The notes: generated by a model not told the origin, from the sequence alone. Counted from the stretch's first letter, positions 21,901 to 37,106 are shown. The stretch is DNA of 64,000 nt from an uncultured Verrucomicrobiae bacterium (GCA_963788655.1 CAWBHS010000072.1:352001-416000), one strand, 5' to 3'. A program made the numbers and translations.

Positions 21901-24900
21901 TACAACGAAACCGCCCTGTGCAACGGCGTGGGCGACGACTACGGCCTGTATCGCGGCATGAACGATCCGCGGTTCGTCATTATCACGCATGACTTCGATA
22001 CCATCCTGGGCATGGGCGACGGTGACCGGTTGCAGAATACCTCGACGAGCATCTGGCGGCCGGTGGACAGTCCCCGCTCCTCCGACACGAGTCAACGGGC
22101 GAACTTCCTTTCCCGCTTCATGCGCCACAATGAGTTTGCCCCGCTGTATTTCCAGGAATACCAACGGTTGCTGGACACCACGTTTGTTCCCGACCGGTTC
22201 AACGAAGAAATCGACCGCCTGCTGGGTGGTTGGGTGCCCAACACGACCATCCAGGAAATCAAGGATTTCAATGTGAATCGCCGGGCGTATGTGGTGACGC
22301 AAATCCCCACCAATTACTCGCTGACCATCCCGCTCAGCCAGTCCGCCGGCATTTACAGCACAACCTCTCCCAGCGTGAACCTCAGCGGCAACGGCAATGT
22401 GCTACAAACACGGTCCGTCTATGTCAACGGCGTGCCCGCCACGTGGACCGCTTGGAATGGCACTTGGTCGGCGTCGAACTTCCCGCTCCTCCCGGGCATC
22501 AATCACCTCATCGTCCAGTGGCGCGGCGCCAACGGCGAGGAAGTGCATCGCGAGGAGGCCGGCGTGTGGTATGACGACGGATCGGTGGACACTGTGCCCA
22601 CAACCATTGCGACGGATCGCACTTTGACCGCGGCGGGCGGGCCGTACCGGATCACGAGCGATGTGACGGTGCCCAGTGGCGTCACACTGACCGTCGAGCC
22701 GGGAACGACGCTTTACTTTGGCCAGGGCGCCCGGCTCATCGTCAATGGAATCTTGAGCGCCCAGGGTACCGAAGCGCACCACCTCCGCATGACCCGCGAA
22801 CCGGGTGGCAGCAATTGGGGCAGCCTGGACTTCCTCAACACCACGGAGGAAAGCCGGTTGGCGTACGTCGATTTCAGTTACTGCGGCGGCACCTCAATCG
22901 GGGGCCACAACGCCCAACTCCACGTCAACGACGCGATGGTGTTCATCGACCACTGCACCTGGCCGTCCACGCCGGTGGTGGAATACATTTCCTTCGACTA
23001 CAGTTCGTTCATCGTCCAGAACTGCATCTTCCCCAGCTACCCGCCCCCGAGCGGCCCAGAGAGCTTGCACGGGGTAAACGGCATCCCCGTCGATGGCTAT
23101 GGCATTTTCCGGGACAACTATTTCGGGCACACGTGGGGATTCAATGACACCATCGACTTCACGGGCGGACAGCGCCCCGGGGCCATCCTGCAACTCATCC
23201 ACAACGTGTTCGACGGCGCCAGCGACGATCACCTGGACCTCGACAGCACGGATGCCTGGATCGAAGGAAACGTGTTCCTGCACGCGCACCGCGACCCAAA
23301 TCGGACGGACAACGCGCTCGACACGGCGAGCGCCATCTCGGGTGGGGTTGACAACGCCGGGCAATACTCGGATTGGACCATTATCAACAACGTCTTTTTC
23401 GACGTGGATCACGTCTTCCTGAATAAGGGCCCCAACGGCGGCGGTCGGGTGGCCTTCCTGTACAACACCGTCGTCCACGTGGCCAAGGAATACAGTGGTA
23501 GCACCGTGGCGGAGATCGGCGCCTTCAATTGGTCAGACGACAACGTGGCTCCCGCGCCCGTCAGCGCTGGTTCGGGGCTCTACGCCGCCTATAACATCAT
23601 GTATGACTGCGCCGTGTTGAACGTGAACTACGTGCCGGCCAACTACACGATCATCATGGACCACAACATCCTGTCAGTCCCCTGGACGGGTGCGGGCACC
23701 AACAACCAGGTGATTGATCCCCGTCTCAACCTGGCCGCGCTGGCCGGCATCGCCTACACCAATGCCACCGCCGACCAAGTGCTGGCGGCGTGCCAGTTGT
23801 TGGCCGGTTCGCCGGCGATCGGCGCGGGTTTCGGCGGACGCGACCTTGGCGGTCTCAATCCTTATGGCATTGCCGTGGATGGCGAACCCGACGGAGTTTC
23901 GGACTCGACGAGCGCCACGTTGACGGTTGGTCCGGGTGGCACGTTCGATTGGGGTAGCACCACGCCGCAGCCGTGGGGCTGGACTGCCTTCCGCTGGAAG
24001 CTGGACAATGGCCTGTGGAGCTCGGAAATCCCGGTCACGAACAACTCGCCGTTCACCAATCCGGCGACGATTTCGCTCACCGGCTTGAATGCAGGAGCGC
24101 ACACCGTTTATGTGGCGGGCCGGAATGACGCCGGGTTGGGCTATTACCAGGACGATCCGTTTGTCTATCCCGAAACCGCGGGCGTCTCCGCGCACGTCAC
24201 CGCCTCGCGCACGTGGGTTGTCAACCCGGCTGCGACGGGCATTCGGATCAACGAAGTGCTGGCGCGCAACGACCGGGCCGTCCGTGTGGGCGACAAGTAT
24301 CCGGACTTGGTCGAATTATATAATAGCAGTTCAGCCACAGTCGATCTGAAGGGCCTGAGCTTGACCGATGACAAATCCAATCCCGACAAGTTCACGTTCC
24401 CGCCGGGGGCCGTGATTGGCTCAAACAAATACCTGGTGCTGTATGCTGACAGCGACAACACTCCAGGATTGCACCTGGGCTTCGGGCTCAACCAGGATGG
24501 TGACGACCTTTATCTGTTCTCCGGGCAGGGGCAGTTGCTCGACTCGGTTACGTTCGGGCTGCAAATCGCGGATCGCTCGATTGGGCGGCTGGCTGGCGGA
24601 GCCTGGGGTTTGGCGAGCCCAACCTTCGGCGCCGCCAACGTGGCGGCGCAGTTTGCTGCGTCCGACGCGCTGTTGATCAATGAATGGTTGGCGGCGGGGG
24701 TCAGCCCGGTAACTGAAGATTTCATTGAGTTGTACAATCCCGCCAGCCTGCCGGTCGCGTTGGGTGGATTGTATTTCACCGACGTGCCGGAAACGGTGCA
24801 AAACCTGAAGAAAATCGCGCCGTTGAGTTACATTTCCGGTCACGGATTATCACTGTTCATCGCGGATGGCAACGGCAGTGCCGGCGCCAATCACGTCAAT

Positions 24901-27409
24901 TTCCGGTTGGCGGCGGAACAGGGTTTCATCGGTTTGTTTGCTCCGGATTTGAGCCTGATCGACTGCATCTACTACGGACCGCAGACCAACAATATTTCCC
25001 AGGGCCGCAGTCCCAATGGCAGTACCGAACATTGCCTACTTTGCCACGCCTACTCCGGGCTCACCCAATCCAGCCCCCTCGTCCGGCGCGGGCACCCAGA
25101 TTGTGATCAATGAAGTGCTCGCCAAGAATATTGGCATTGACCTGACCACGGTTCTGGGCTCGAACATTCCCAAGGCCACGCCGGAGTATATCGAGTTGTA
25201 CAATCCTACGGCCACCGCCCTGGACCTGGAAGATATGAGCCTGAGTGACAACATTGCTCTGCCGCGAAAATATACGTTTGGTGGGAAGATCATTGCGTCC
25301 CACAGCTCCGTGCTGATCATGGCCGACAGCGACGCGCCCGCGTCGGCCAACAATACCGGTTTCGGCATCAAGGCGAACGGCGACATCATTTACCTGTTTG
25401 ACAAACCCAACAACGGCGGCTCCTTACTGGATTCGATTAGCTACGGGGTGCAAGCGCGTGACTTCTCGATTGGGCGCGTGCCCGATGGCGGTTCGAATTG
25501 GGTGTTGAACCTGCCCACGCCGCGGGGCAACAACATCGCGGTTACGCAATTCGGTGATCCCATGCAGTTGACCGTCAACGAATGGATGGCCGACCCGGCG
25601 CCCGGCGATGACGACTGGTTTGAAATCTACAATCCCAACCCGCAGCCAGTCGAGGTGAGCGGCTTTTATCTGACTGACGAACCGGGCACGCCGGCCGGAC
25701 GCACCAAGTTCCAAATTGCCCCGCGATCGTTCATTGGAACGGGTTTGTACGGCTATGAACGCTTTATCGCGGACAATATCGTTACGGCCGGACCGGACCA
25801 TACGAACTTCAAGCTCAGCGGTTCCGGGGAAGCCATTGGCCTGTATCGTGATGTCAATACGGAGATCGATACCATCGTGTTTGGGCCGCAAATCGAAGGG
25901 GCGTCCGAGGGCCGACTGCCCGACGGCTCGACAAACTGGGTGCGGTTCTATACCACCGCCACGCCGGCGGACGCGAACTACCTGCCGCTCACTACGGTGG
26001 TCATCAACGAAGTGCTGAGCCACTCCAATACCAACACACTCGAAGACGCCATCGAACTGTACAATGCCTCGGCCGAGCCGGTGGACATCAGCGGCTGGTA
26101 CTTGAGTGACCAACAGCGGGAACTCAAGAAATATCGTATTCCCGACGGCCCCGCGCTTCCCGCGGGCGGCTATGCGGTCTTTTACGAGAATCAGTTTAAC
26201 AGCGGCGTGGACGCGACGAGCTTTGCTCTCGATTCGGCGAAGGGCGATCAAGTCTATCTCGCCACCGCCACCATGAACGGCGACTTGACCGGCTACCGCG
26301 CATCGGTGGACTTCGGCGCCGCCGAACGGGATGTCTCTTTCGGCCGTTACACCAACAGCGTGACCAATGTGCAATTCGTGGCGATGAGTTGGCGCACGTT
26401 TGGTCAGGACAATCCGGAAAGTCTCACCGAGTTTCGCCTGGGCACCGGGCTGCCCAACGCCATGCCGAAGGTCGGGCCGGTGGTGATCAACGAAATCATG
26501 TATCATCCGCCGGATCTCGCCGGGGTGGACAATGTCCGCGATGAGTTCATCGAGCTTTACAATTTCACCGGCGCCGACGTGCCGTTGTACGATCCGGATT
26601 ACCCGACGAATACCTGGCGGTTACGCGGCGCGGTGCGGTTTGACTTCCCGATCAACGTGATCATCCCGCCCGGCGAATACGTGTTGGTGGTGAGCTTTGA
26701 TCCGGTCAATGACACCAATTCCCTGGCGGAGTTCCGCGCGCGCTATCCAATTGCCGACAATTTGCCCCTCTATGGACCTTACAGCGGCAAACTGGACAAC
26801 GGCGGGGAAAGCGTGAAGTTGGAGCGGCCGGACAACCCCGAACCGCCGGGCGATCCGGATGCCGGCTACGTGCCGTACATCCTCGTGGACCGCGTCGCAT
26901 ACTCCGATTCCTATCCGTGGGATTCCTTTGCCGACGGTTCCGGCGCTTCGCTGCAGCGCCGCGATCCCGCCGAGTTTGGCAATGACCCGGCGAACTGGTT
27001 CGCGGCTTCGCCGACGCCGGGACCACAAGGAATCCTCGACAGTGACGGTGACGGGATGCCCGATGCCTGGGAATTGGAGCATGGATTGAAACCGTATTTC
27101 AATGACGCGTTGGAGGATGAGGACGGTGACGGACTGTCGAACCGTGACGAGTATCTGGCGGGCACATTGCCGGACGACAATACCAGCAGTTTGCGGTTGG
27201 AGGTGACTTATTCGAATCCGTTGGAGCTTTCCTTCGCGGCTGCCGAAGACCGGGCGTATATCGTCGAGTACCGTGACGGGCTTGGTGGCGGCGACTGGAC
27301 GGCACTCCAGGTTATCACCCCGCAATCCACCGCCCACGACGTGCAGATCACCGATGATCCTCAGAACAGTATGCGCTTCTACCGCGTGCGCATGGTCATC
27401 ATTCCTTAA
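12961..27409 (+). CDS. Giant secreted LTD/CotH-kinase protein 1 (about 4800 aa rejoined): PPC-like domain, many bacterial Ig domains, 3 WxYLDxGSNQG beta-sandwich domains, LamG, LTDs, CotH kinase, beta-helix, Ca-binding repeats, C-terminal RFYR domain
   Basis: Domains continue across ORFs 12847-14724, 14642-17860, 17883-18155, 18276-18938, 19465-19926, 19848-21161, 20908-25113 and 25016-27409. Frameshifts near 14667, 17806, 18095-18340, 18930-19430 (several), 19905, 21035 and 25027. There is a single signal peptide and a single C-terminal domain, and it is colinear with the paralog downstream. Confidence 0.8.
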
Positions 27410-27857
27410 GGGCAATCGAAACCCCAGACCTTGGCCGCCAGCCATCGTAGAGCATTTCGATCCGGCAAGCGGTGTGCTACTGCTGTTGTTTGAAGCGGCC
27501 CCTGTGCATGTTTTAAGGCGGCACGATCAAAGCATGGGCCGTTGCGGTCCACTCCAAAATGCCGGTGTGCGAGGCGCACGCTAAACGTTGGTGAGACTCC
27601 CGCCTGGATTTCGGAACGTCCAGCAAGTATTGGATTCCGCGTGGGCTTCCGCCACTTTCGTATTACTCGCTCGCTACCAAAGATGCCCTTAGCGGCGGTA
27701 GGTGCGGATTACGGCTTTCACACGTTAAAAGCCTGGGCAAAACTGAATTATACATTCGACGAATTGGGGGAATGCTGGTAATCTGTAACCGAATTATTCA
27801 GGGATGTTTGCACCGAATTTAGTGGCCACCTTGTGCGTCAAGAGAAGTAACCTAAGT

Positions 27858-30800
27858 ATGCAGAACCTTTTTCGACTGTCGTCCGTTCCGTTCACTGGGA
27901 TCATCCTCGGAATGTTGGTTTGTTCCCATCTGCCCGCTTCCGGCGCCATTTCCACCGGCCTGGAGTTCAATGGCGCCAACAATTATGTCACCTTCGGCGT
28001 TGCCCCGGAATTGGGCACTGCTACGTTCACATTGGAAACTTGGTTTCAATGGACCGGAGGCGGTCTTTCCGTGGTGACCGGCTCCGGTGGTGTTGATGCC
28101 ATCCCGCTGGTGGCTAAAGGCCGCGGCGAATCCGATGGCAACAATCGGGATATGAATTATCTCCTGGGCATCCGTCCGGGCGACCAGGTGTTGGTGGCGG
28201 ACTTCGAGGAAGGCGCTTCGGGCGCGAGTCCGGGGCAGAATCATCCCGTCGCCGGCGTGACCCGCATCTCGAGCGGTGTCTGGCACCATGCCGCGGTCAC
28301 TTATGATGGTTCGAACTGGCGTTTGTATCTGGACGGCACTCTTGAAACCACCCAGGCCGTCGGTCAACCGCCCCGTGCTGATTCCATCCAACATGCTTCC
28401 CTGGCGACGGCGTTGGATTCCAGCGGGACGCCGGCGGGCTACTTTGCCGGCGTCTTGGACGAGGTGCGGATATGGAATACCGCGCTACCGGCTTCCCAGA
28501 TTTCCAGCAACATGAACCGGACGATTGGATCCGCTCCGGGCCTGATTGGCCGCTGGTCTTTGGACGAAGGCGTCGGCAGCACGATCCAGGACAGTTCCGG
28601 CACCGGCGTGACCGGTACGCTGATGCAAGCGCCGGCGTGGGTGGCGGGCTATGCGTTCTCCACCCCGCCCGTGGTGGCGCTCACCCACCCGGCGGATCAA
28701 TCGGTTTTCTTCGCACCGGCGGACCTGGATCTGGAAGCCAGCGCTTCGGACGTGGATGGCACCGTGCAATGGGTCGAGTTCTTTTCTGGTTCAACCAAAC
28801 TGGGCGAGGCCCCGGTCGATCCCTTCACGTACACGTGGAACAATGTCCAGCCGGGACGATATGTGTTGCAAGCAGTGGCCACGGACAATGACGGTTTGTC
28901 CAGCACCTCGGCACCCGTGAAAGTGAATGTGGAGAATCCCATTGTCCAAATCAGTTCACCGCCTGATGAAACGGTCTTCCTGGCGCACTCGGATATTGCG
29001 CTGGCCGCTGAGGCCGCCGACCCGCAGGGGGCGATTACGCTGCTCGAGTTTTTCGAAGGCCACCATAAAATCGGCGAAGCCTCTAACCGACCGTTTCAGA
29101 TGATCTGGCGGGATACCCTGGCAGGCAACCACTCGGTGACGGCCGTGAGCACGGACGTGGGCGGTATTCATAACACTTCGGCTCCGGTCAACCTCACGGT
29201 GATTAGCAATATCCCACCGACCGTGTCCATAACCGGCCCGTTGCACAATGCCGTATTGTACGTGCCTGCTTCCATGACCATTCAGGCGGATGCGGCCGAT
29301 ATTGATGGCGCGGTCACCAACGTCCAATTCTTTCAAGGCAGCACGTTGCAGGGCAGCGATGATAGTGCGCCGTACTCTTTGTTTTGGCCAAGTGTGCCGG
29401 CGGGAGACTACCGCCTGACGGCGGTGGCCCAAGACAACTGGGGATATGCGTCCACTTCCAGCGTGGTTCACGTGCGAGTGCTGCCTACGGAGCCGCCCAC
29501 GGTTTCGTCCTTCACGCCACCCGCCGGAGTGGTGAGCAACTTGACCCAAATTACCGTCCTGTTCTCCGAGCCGGTCGATGGCGTAAATGCCAGCGATCTG
29601 TTGGTCAATGGCGCCCCGGCCTCGGTGGTGATCGGAGCGGACGACCAATACACGTTCAATTTTCCCATGCCGGCCGAGGGCCTGGTGACGGTGGCATGGG
29701 CTGGCAATCATGGCATTGTCGATCGTGAATCGAACCCGCGACCATTCAACGGTGCGGCTGCCGGTGAAACCGTCCAATACAACCAGGTGGACACTGCCGC
29801 CCCGGTCGTGTCCCGAGTGATCCCGCCGCCGGGTACCGTGCTGCGGACCTTGAGCCAGATCACGATTGTCTTCAGCGAACCAGTGCGTGGTGTGCAGGCC
29901 GAGGATTTGTTGGTCAACGGTGTTCCGAGCCGCAGCCTCACGGGTTCAGATACCGGCCCGTATGTGTTTTCATTTCCCGAATTGATCGATGGCACGGCGC
30001 AGATTTCGTGGGGGGCAAATCCGGGTATTACTGATTTTTCGCAAAGCACGAACGCCTTTGCCGGTGGCACCTGGGAATACACGTTGGACCCGAACGCCAG
30101 TTTCGACGGTGCCGTAGTGATCAACGAAATCATGTATCACCCGGCGTCCGAAAACCTGGGTGAGGAATATATCGAACTGCGGAATATAACCCCGGACGCG
30201 ATCAACCTGGCCAACTGGCGCTTCAGTCGGGGCGTGGACTTCACGTTCACTAACGTCAGCCTGCCGGGCAATGGCTACCTGGTCGTCGCGGCCGATCTGT
30301 CCACGTTTCAGAGCAAGTATCCCGGTGTGACCAACGTGGTTGGCAACTGGACCGGTCGGTTGAGCAATGACGATGAGGACATCGAGTTGGAAGATGCCAC
30401 CGGGGAGCGGGTGGACCTGATACATTACGCCGACGAAGGCGATTGGGCCGTGCGCCAACGGGGTCCCAATGATGGCGGCTATTATGGTTGGGAATGGTTT
30501 GCTCCTCATGATGGTTCGGCGCGAAACAATGCCAACGGCCAGACGGTGGGCGATCGCTCGCTCGAATTGGTCAATCCGTTGCTCCCCAACGACAGCGGGC
30601 AGAACTGGGATGCCAGTCAACTGGCCGGCGGCACCCCGGGGGCGTCCAACTCCATGACCAGCACCAACACCGGACCGTTGATCCTGGACGTGATTCATTT
30701 TCCGTTGGTGCCCAACCCCACCGACTCGGTCACCATCACCGCACGGATTGTGGATGACAGCGCATTCGGTTCAATGGCGGCCTTGCGCTACCGGAACCAT

Positions 30801-33800
30801 AATAACCAATCGCCCGTCGCTTTTTCCACCATGACGATGTTCGACGATGGTCAGCACAACGACGGGAACGCCGATGACGGTGTCTTTGCTACCGCGTTGC
30901 CGCCGTATTCCAACGGCACCGTCATCGAGTTTTACGTGGAAGCCACTGACAATCGGGATAACAGCCGCACTTGGCCGCCCGCCGCGCGGCAACTGAACGG
31001 TTCATTCGCGCAGACGGCCAACGCGCTTTACCAGGTGGACGAGAATCTGGCCGGGGTGTATGCCGGTGGCCAACCGGTCTGCCGGTTGGTCATGACCGAG
31101 TCCGAACGCTATGAATTAGAGCACATCAACCGCGGCAGCGACGCCGAAATGAATGCGACGTTGATTGTCAGCGATGGCACCGGCACGCACCTCCATTACC
31201 GGACGGGGATGCGCATTCGGGGCTCGGGCAGCCGGAGCCGCACGCCGCCGAATTACCGCGTCAATATTCCGTCCGACGACCGTTGGAATGGCTTGGCTGC
31301 CGTCAATCTCAACACGCAATTCATCCATTCGCAACTGGCCGGCAGTGCGGTGGCGTTGAAGTCGGGATTGCCGACGGCGGCCGCGCGGATTGTCCAAGTG
31401 CGGGTGAACGGCGCCAACTTGTCGCCCACCAGCACACCTTCGCCCGGCAGCGGTTCCGGCGCCGGCTTTGGCGCCTACGTCCTGGTGGAACCGTTGAACG
31501 GTGACTGGGCCAAACGGCATTTCCCGACGGATGGTGATGGCAACGTGTACCGCGTCGCTCAGGGCAACGGTGGCACACTCTATTATCGCGACCAAAATCC
31601 TTCATCCTACACAGGCAATTACTGCAAGACCTCCAACCAAAGCGAAAACGATTGGACGGACCTGATCCGGCTCAGTTATGCGGTTTCGTCGGGCTTGCCG
31701 GATGCGGCTTATCTGGAGTCGGTGCGCACCAATGCCAACGTGCAAATGTGGATGCGTTATTTTGCGGTCTGTTCGTTGCTGGTGTATTCCGAGAACGGAC
31801 TGCCCACTGGAGTCGGTGATGACTATGCCTTGTATCGTGGGATTGAGGATCCCCGGTTTTTGCTGATTCCGCACGACTTCGATACGGTGCTGGGTGAAGG
31901 CGACGGCTCGGCCTTTAGTTGGGGCACGGGTGCTTCGATCTGGCTGCCCATCGAGCGCGGTGGCGTTCCGTTTCTTAACCGCTTCATGCGCCACAATGAA
32001 TTTGCGCCGCTGTATTTCCGTGAGTTGAAACAGTTGGCCGAAACCACCTTCTCGGCGGCGGAATTCAATCCCTTTCTCGATCAACTGCTCGGCCGGTTGG
32101 GTGCCGGAAAACGTGATCACCCGGATGAAGAATTACGCGGCCCAACGGGTGATCAGTGTGCTCAGCCAGATACCGCAGACCTTCACGGCAAACACCTCCC
32201 TGCCGGTGAGCAATGGATATCTTCGCACGACCAGTTCGACAGTGACGTTGTTCGGCTCAGCTAATGCCCTGGAAACGCGGGCAATTACCGTCAACGGTGA
32301 TGAGGGGAACTGGGTGGCGTGGCAGGGTGGTTGGACGGCCAACACGTCGCTGCGGCCCGGTTTAAACCACGTGCTGATCCAATGCTACGGCGACGGCGGT
32401 CAGGAAGTAGCCCGCACCAACCTCACCGTCTGGTATGACGATGCTATCACCACCGTTCTGCCGTACGACATAGAAACGGACCGGCTACTGACCGCGACGG
32501 GTGGCCCTTATCTGATCGATCGCGAGTCGTATGTCCAAAATGGGGCGACGTTGACGATCGAGCCCGGCACCACGCTGTACATGGCCGACAACGTGAATCT
32601 CAACGTGTATGGCCAGTTAATTGCCGAAGGCACCGAGACACGGCACATTCGCATCACCCGTTTGCCCGGCAGCTCCGGAACGTGGGGCACCCTCCGGTTC
32701 TACGGTTCCTCGGATGTGCAACAGTTGCGCCATGTGGATATCGAATATGGCGGAGCGCATGAAGCGGCGAGCATCTCGGCCAATGGGGCGCACCTCGAAA
32801 TGGACCATGTCACTTGGGCGAACCTTTCCTCAATGCTGGTGGATTCGGTCAACAGTTCTGTCAAGCTGCTCAATTCCGCACTGCCCGGCGGCCAGGAAAC
32901 ATCTTTGGTGCGGTTTAATGGAATTCCTGCGGGCGGATTGGTGTTGGTTCAGGGGAACGTTTTTGGAAGCCCGATCCCGGCCAGTGGCGCGGATGTCATC
33001 ACCTTCCGCGGAGCCAATCGACCCGGGCCCATTCCGGAAATCCAAGACAACACCTTTACCGGCGGGGCGGACGATGTGATCCAATTGGAAGGCACCGATG
33101 CGCACATTGAAGGCAACCATTTCCTGCACGTCCACCAAGTGGCGGCGCGGAACGACGCAGCTTATGCCATTTCCACCACCAGCAATGGCGGCAACACCTC
33201 GGAACTGACGATTGTCCGCAACATTTTTTTCGACTGCGATCATGCCGTGCTGCTCACGCAAGGAGCATCGGCGCTGTTTCATAACAATACCGTGGTGGGT
33301 ATCCATACCAATGCCGTGGCGGCGGAGGTGGCATCGGCAATCAGTTTTGGCGAACCGCAACTGGGATTGCCGGGCGGCGCCGGCGCCGATTTGGACGGGA
33401 ACATCTTCTGGGATCTCGACGACAATCGGTTGGTGTCGAATTTCACGAACGGAACGCCGCTAACGGTTCGTCGCTCCATCGTCCCGGGCACGAACTGGCC
33501 CGGCGAAGGCAATGTGAGCCTGGATCCCCGATTCGTGAATGTCGATCCTGCCACCATCACCTGCTTGACGATTGCCCAGGACTTTGGTTTACGTCCCGGT
33601 TCGCCCGCGCTGGGCACAGGACCGAACGGTTTGGACATGGGGGCCATCGTGCCCGCCGGCGCGTCCATTTCTGGGGAACCAGCTTCACCGACGCCGTTGA
33701 CCAGCGTGCGTTTGACCGTGGGGGGACCGGGCATCGAGAGTTATGCGTTCTTGTCGAGTGACAACCGCTTCGGCTCGATTACCGCGATTACTAATCCGTT

Positions 33801-36800
33801 GGTTCTTACCGGCCTAACGAACGCAAACTATTATGTTTCGGTCCTCAGTCGAAACTTCGCCGGCACCTGGCGGACTCTTTCCAACGCGGCCATTTCCCGC
33901 ACCTGGACCGTCAATACCGCCGCCCCCAGTGTGCGCCTCAACGAAGTGCTGGCCCGCAATGATTCCGCGGTGGCCGTTGGTTCGCGCCATCCAGACTTGC
34001 TCGAGCTGTATAACTGCGGGCCGGCGACGGTGGACATGGGCGGCATGACCATCACCGACAACCGCGACCTGCCGGCCAAGTTCGTGTTTCCGGTCGGCGC
34101 TACTTTGGAGCCCGACCAGTATCTCGTGCTCTATGCGGACACTGAAACGTCGCCTGCTGGATACCATCTGGGCTTCAGCTTAAAGCAGGAGGGGGATGAT
34201 GTTTTCCTGTTCGGTGGGAATGGCCAGTTGTTGGATGAAATCGCCTTTGGGACCCAGGTGGCCGACTATTCCATTGGCCGGCTGGCGGACGGCCAATGGG
34301 CGTTGACCGAGCCCACGCTCGGCGCTCGCAACGTGGCCGCCCATACCGGCGATCCGCGAGCCTTGATGATCAACGAATGGCTGGCGGCCTCCGACAATTC
34401 CCTCGGCGAGGATGATTACCTTGAGCTGTTTAATCCGGACGACTTGCCGGTGGCTTTGGGCGGTTTGTTCCTGACGGATGTGCCGTATTCCTGGCCGGAC
34501 CAGCATCAAGTGCCGGCGCTGAGCTTTTGTGGCGGGTGGCGGCTTCATGGTGTTCATCGCCGATGGGAATCCTGGCGCGGGAGCCGATCATTTATCATTT
34601 AGTTTGGAGGCCGAACAGGGATTGATTGGCTTGTTGGCGCCGGATATGACCTTGCTCGATTGTGTCCTCTACGGGCCGCAAACTAATCAGGTGTCGATGG
34701 GCCGCAGTCCGAATGGTTCCACGAATTTGGTTTACTTCAGTACCCCGACTCCCGGTTCGCCGAATCCCGCACCGAGTGGGCCGGATGGTCTTCAGATTGT
34801 GATCAACGAAGTCCTGGCCAAGAATTTGGGCATCACCGATATCGGCATGCCCAATCCGGACGGCGGTACGCCGGAATGGATCGAACTGTACAATCCCACC
34901 CCGAACGCAGTCGATTTGGGCGACATGAGCTTGAGTGACGACGTAGCATTGGCGCGCAAATATGTGTTCCTGCCCGGAACCGTCATCGCGGCGGGTGGTT
35001 ACCGGGTGATGTTGTGCGAAGGCGATGAACCGGCGTCTGCGGCCAATACCGGCTTCGGCATCAAAGCCAATGGCGACACCATCTATCTCTTCGATACGCT
35101 GAATCACGGCGGTTCGCTGCTGGATTCCATCGGTTACGGGGTGCAGGCCAAGGATTTTTCCATTGGTCGCATACCCGACGGCGGCGTTGATTGGCGGCTG
35201 ACCGTGCCGACGGCGGGTTCGCGCAACCTTGAAACCCAACTCGGCAATGCTGCTGGACTCAAGGTCAATGAATGGATGGCGGCCCCGGCTTCCGGCGAGG
35301 ATTGGTTCGAGATTTACAATCCCAGTCGCGCAACCCGTGGCCATTGGGGGATTCTATTTGACGGACGATTTGCGCACGCCCGCCAGCCGGCTGAAGTCAC
35401 CGCTTCCACCGCGCTCGTTTGTCGGAATTGGACTGTATGGGTTCGAACGCTTCGAGGCGGACGGCAACGTGGCCGCCGGCCCTAATCATGTCAGCTTTAA
35501 ACTCAGTGCGCTGGGTGAGTCCATTGGACTCTATCGCTCAGCGGACGATGCCATTGACACCGTCACGTTTGGACCGCAACTCGAGGGCGTTTCGGAAGGC
35601 CGCTTGCCGGATGGCGGCAGCGCCATTCTGCGCTTTCCGGAGACGCCGACACCGAACAATGCCAACTACCTGCCGTTGTCCGACGTAGTCATCAACGAAG
35701 TGTTGAGCCACACCGATCCCCCGTTGGAAGATGCCATCGAACTGTACAATGGCTCGACGGTGGACGTGGACGTTGGCGGCTGGTATTTGAGCGATAGCGC
35801 GCATGACCTGCTCAAATATCGGATCCCAGATGACACGGTCATTTCAGCGGGTGGTTACCGGGTTTTCTACGAAACCAACTTTTTCCTCGATCCCAATTTA
35901 TCATCGCCGTTCGCGTTGGACTCCGCTCATGGCGATCAGGTGTATTTGTGTCAAGCGTCCACGAACGGGGCGCTTACCGGTTACCGGGCAACGGTCAGTT
36001 TTGGCGCGGCGGAAAGCGGAGTGTCGTTTGGCCGTTGCACCAATGGCGTCGGCCAGGTGGACTTTGTGGCTTTAAATCGGCTGACCTTTGGCGTGGACGA
36101 TCCGGAAACCGTGGAAGTCTTCCGCATGGGTCCCGGTCGGCCCAATGCCGCGCCGAAAGTGGGTCCGCTCGTGATCACGGAAATCATGTTTCATCCGCCG
36201 GACGTGGGCGGCCTGGATAACGTGACCAACGAATTCATCGAAATTCACAATCCTACCGCGCAGATGGTCCCGCTGTATGATGTGCAGCACCCAACCAATG
36301 TCTGGCGCTTGGACGAAGGGATTCGATTTGATTTTCCACCGAACACCGCCATTCCCGCCGGCGACTATCTCCTCGTGGTAAGCTTTGATCCAGCCAATGA
36401 ACTCGACGCACTAGCGTCCTTCCGCGCGGCGTATCAACTGTCCACGAACATGCCGATGGTCGGTCCCTATTCCGGCAAGCTCGACAATGGGGGCGAAAGC
36501 GTTGAACTGTACAAGCCGGATGTTCCCGAACCTGCCGGTGATCCGGACGCGGGATTCGTACCGAATATTCTGGTTGAACGGATCACGTACGACGACGTGC
36601 TCCCCTGGCCGACGAATCCCAGCCCGGACGGCGGTGGTGCGTCGCTGCAGCGGGTGGACGAGGCCGCTTATGGCAATGATCCACTGAACTGGCTGACGGC
36701 GTCCCCCACGCCCGGCCCGCAAGGATTGCAGGTGGACTTTGACAACGACGGCATGCCGGACGTCTGGGAAACCGACCACGGACTCGATGCCACTCGGAAC

Positions 36801-37106
36801 GACGCCGCCCTCGACTATGATGGCGACGGCCTTTCGAACCTCGAGGAATACTACGCCGGCACGTTGCCCGACGACGCCCAAAGCCGGCTGGGTCTGACGA
36901 TTGCCGTCACGGATCAAGTGGTGCTGACTTTTACCGCCAATCCCGATCGCGCCTACGTGATCGAATTCAAGGACGAATTAGCCGGCGAGACTTGGCTGCC
37001 GTTGGCCACCATTTCCGCCCAAGCCACCACGCGAACCGAACAAGCGACTGACACCCCGCCGACTACCTCCCGCTACTATCGCCTGCACATGACGCAATGG
37101 CCTTGA
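27858..37106 (+). CDS. Giant secreted LTD/CotH-kinase protein 2 (about 3080 aa rejoined): LamG, Ig domains, LTD, CotH, beta-helix, multiple LTDs, Ca-binding repeats, C-terminal RYYR domain
   Basis: ORFs 27804-32264, 32101-34602, 34529-35485 and 35229-37106 joined by +1 shifts near 32093, 34527 and 35329. VINEIMYHP/EYIEL LTD motifs. GMRIRGSGSR and PHDFDTVLG CotH motifs. Confidence 0.85.

Noticed and set aside
12961..37106. Diversity-generating retroelement acting on the tandem paralogs
   Set aside because: No reverse transcriptase. The paralog differences I checked are mainly synonymous third-position changes, not adenine-specific.
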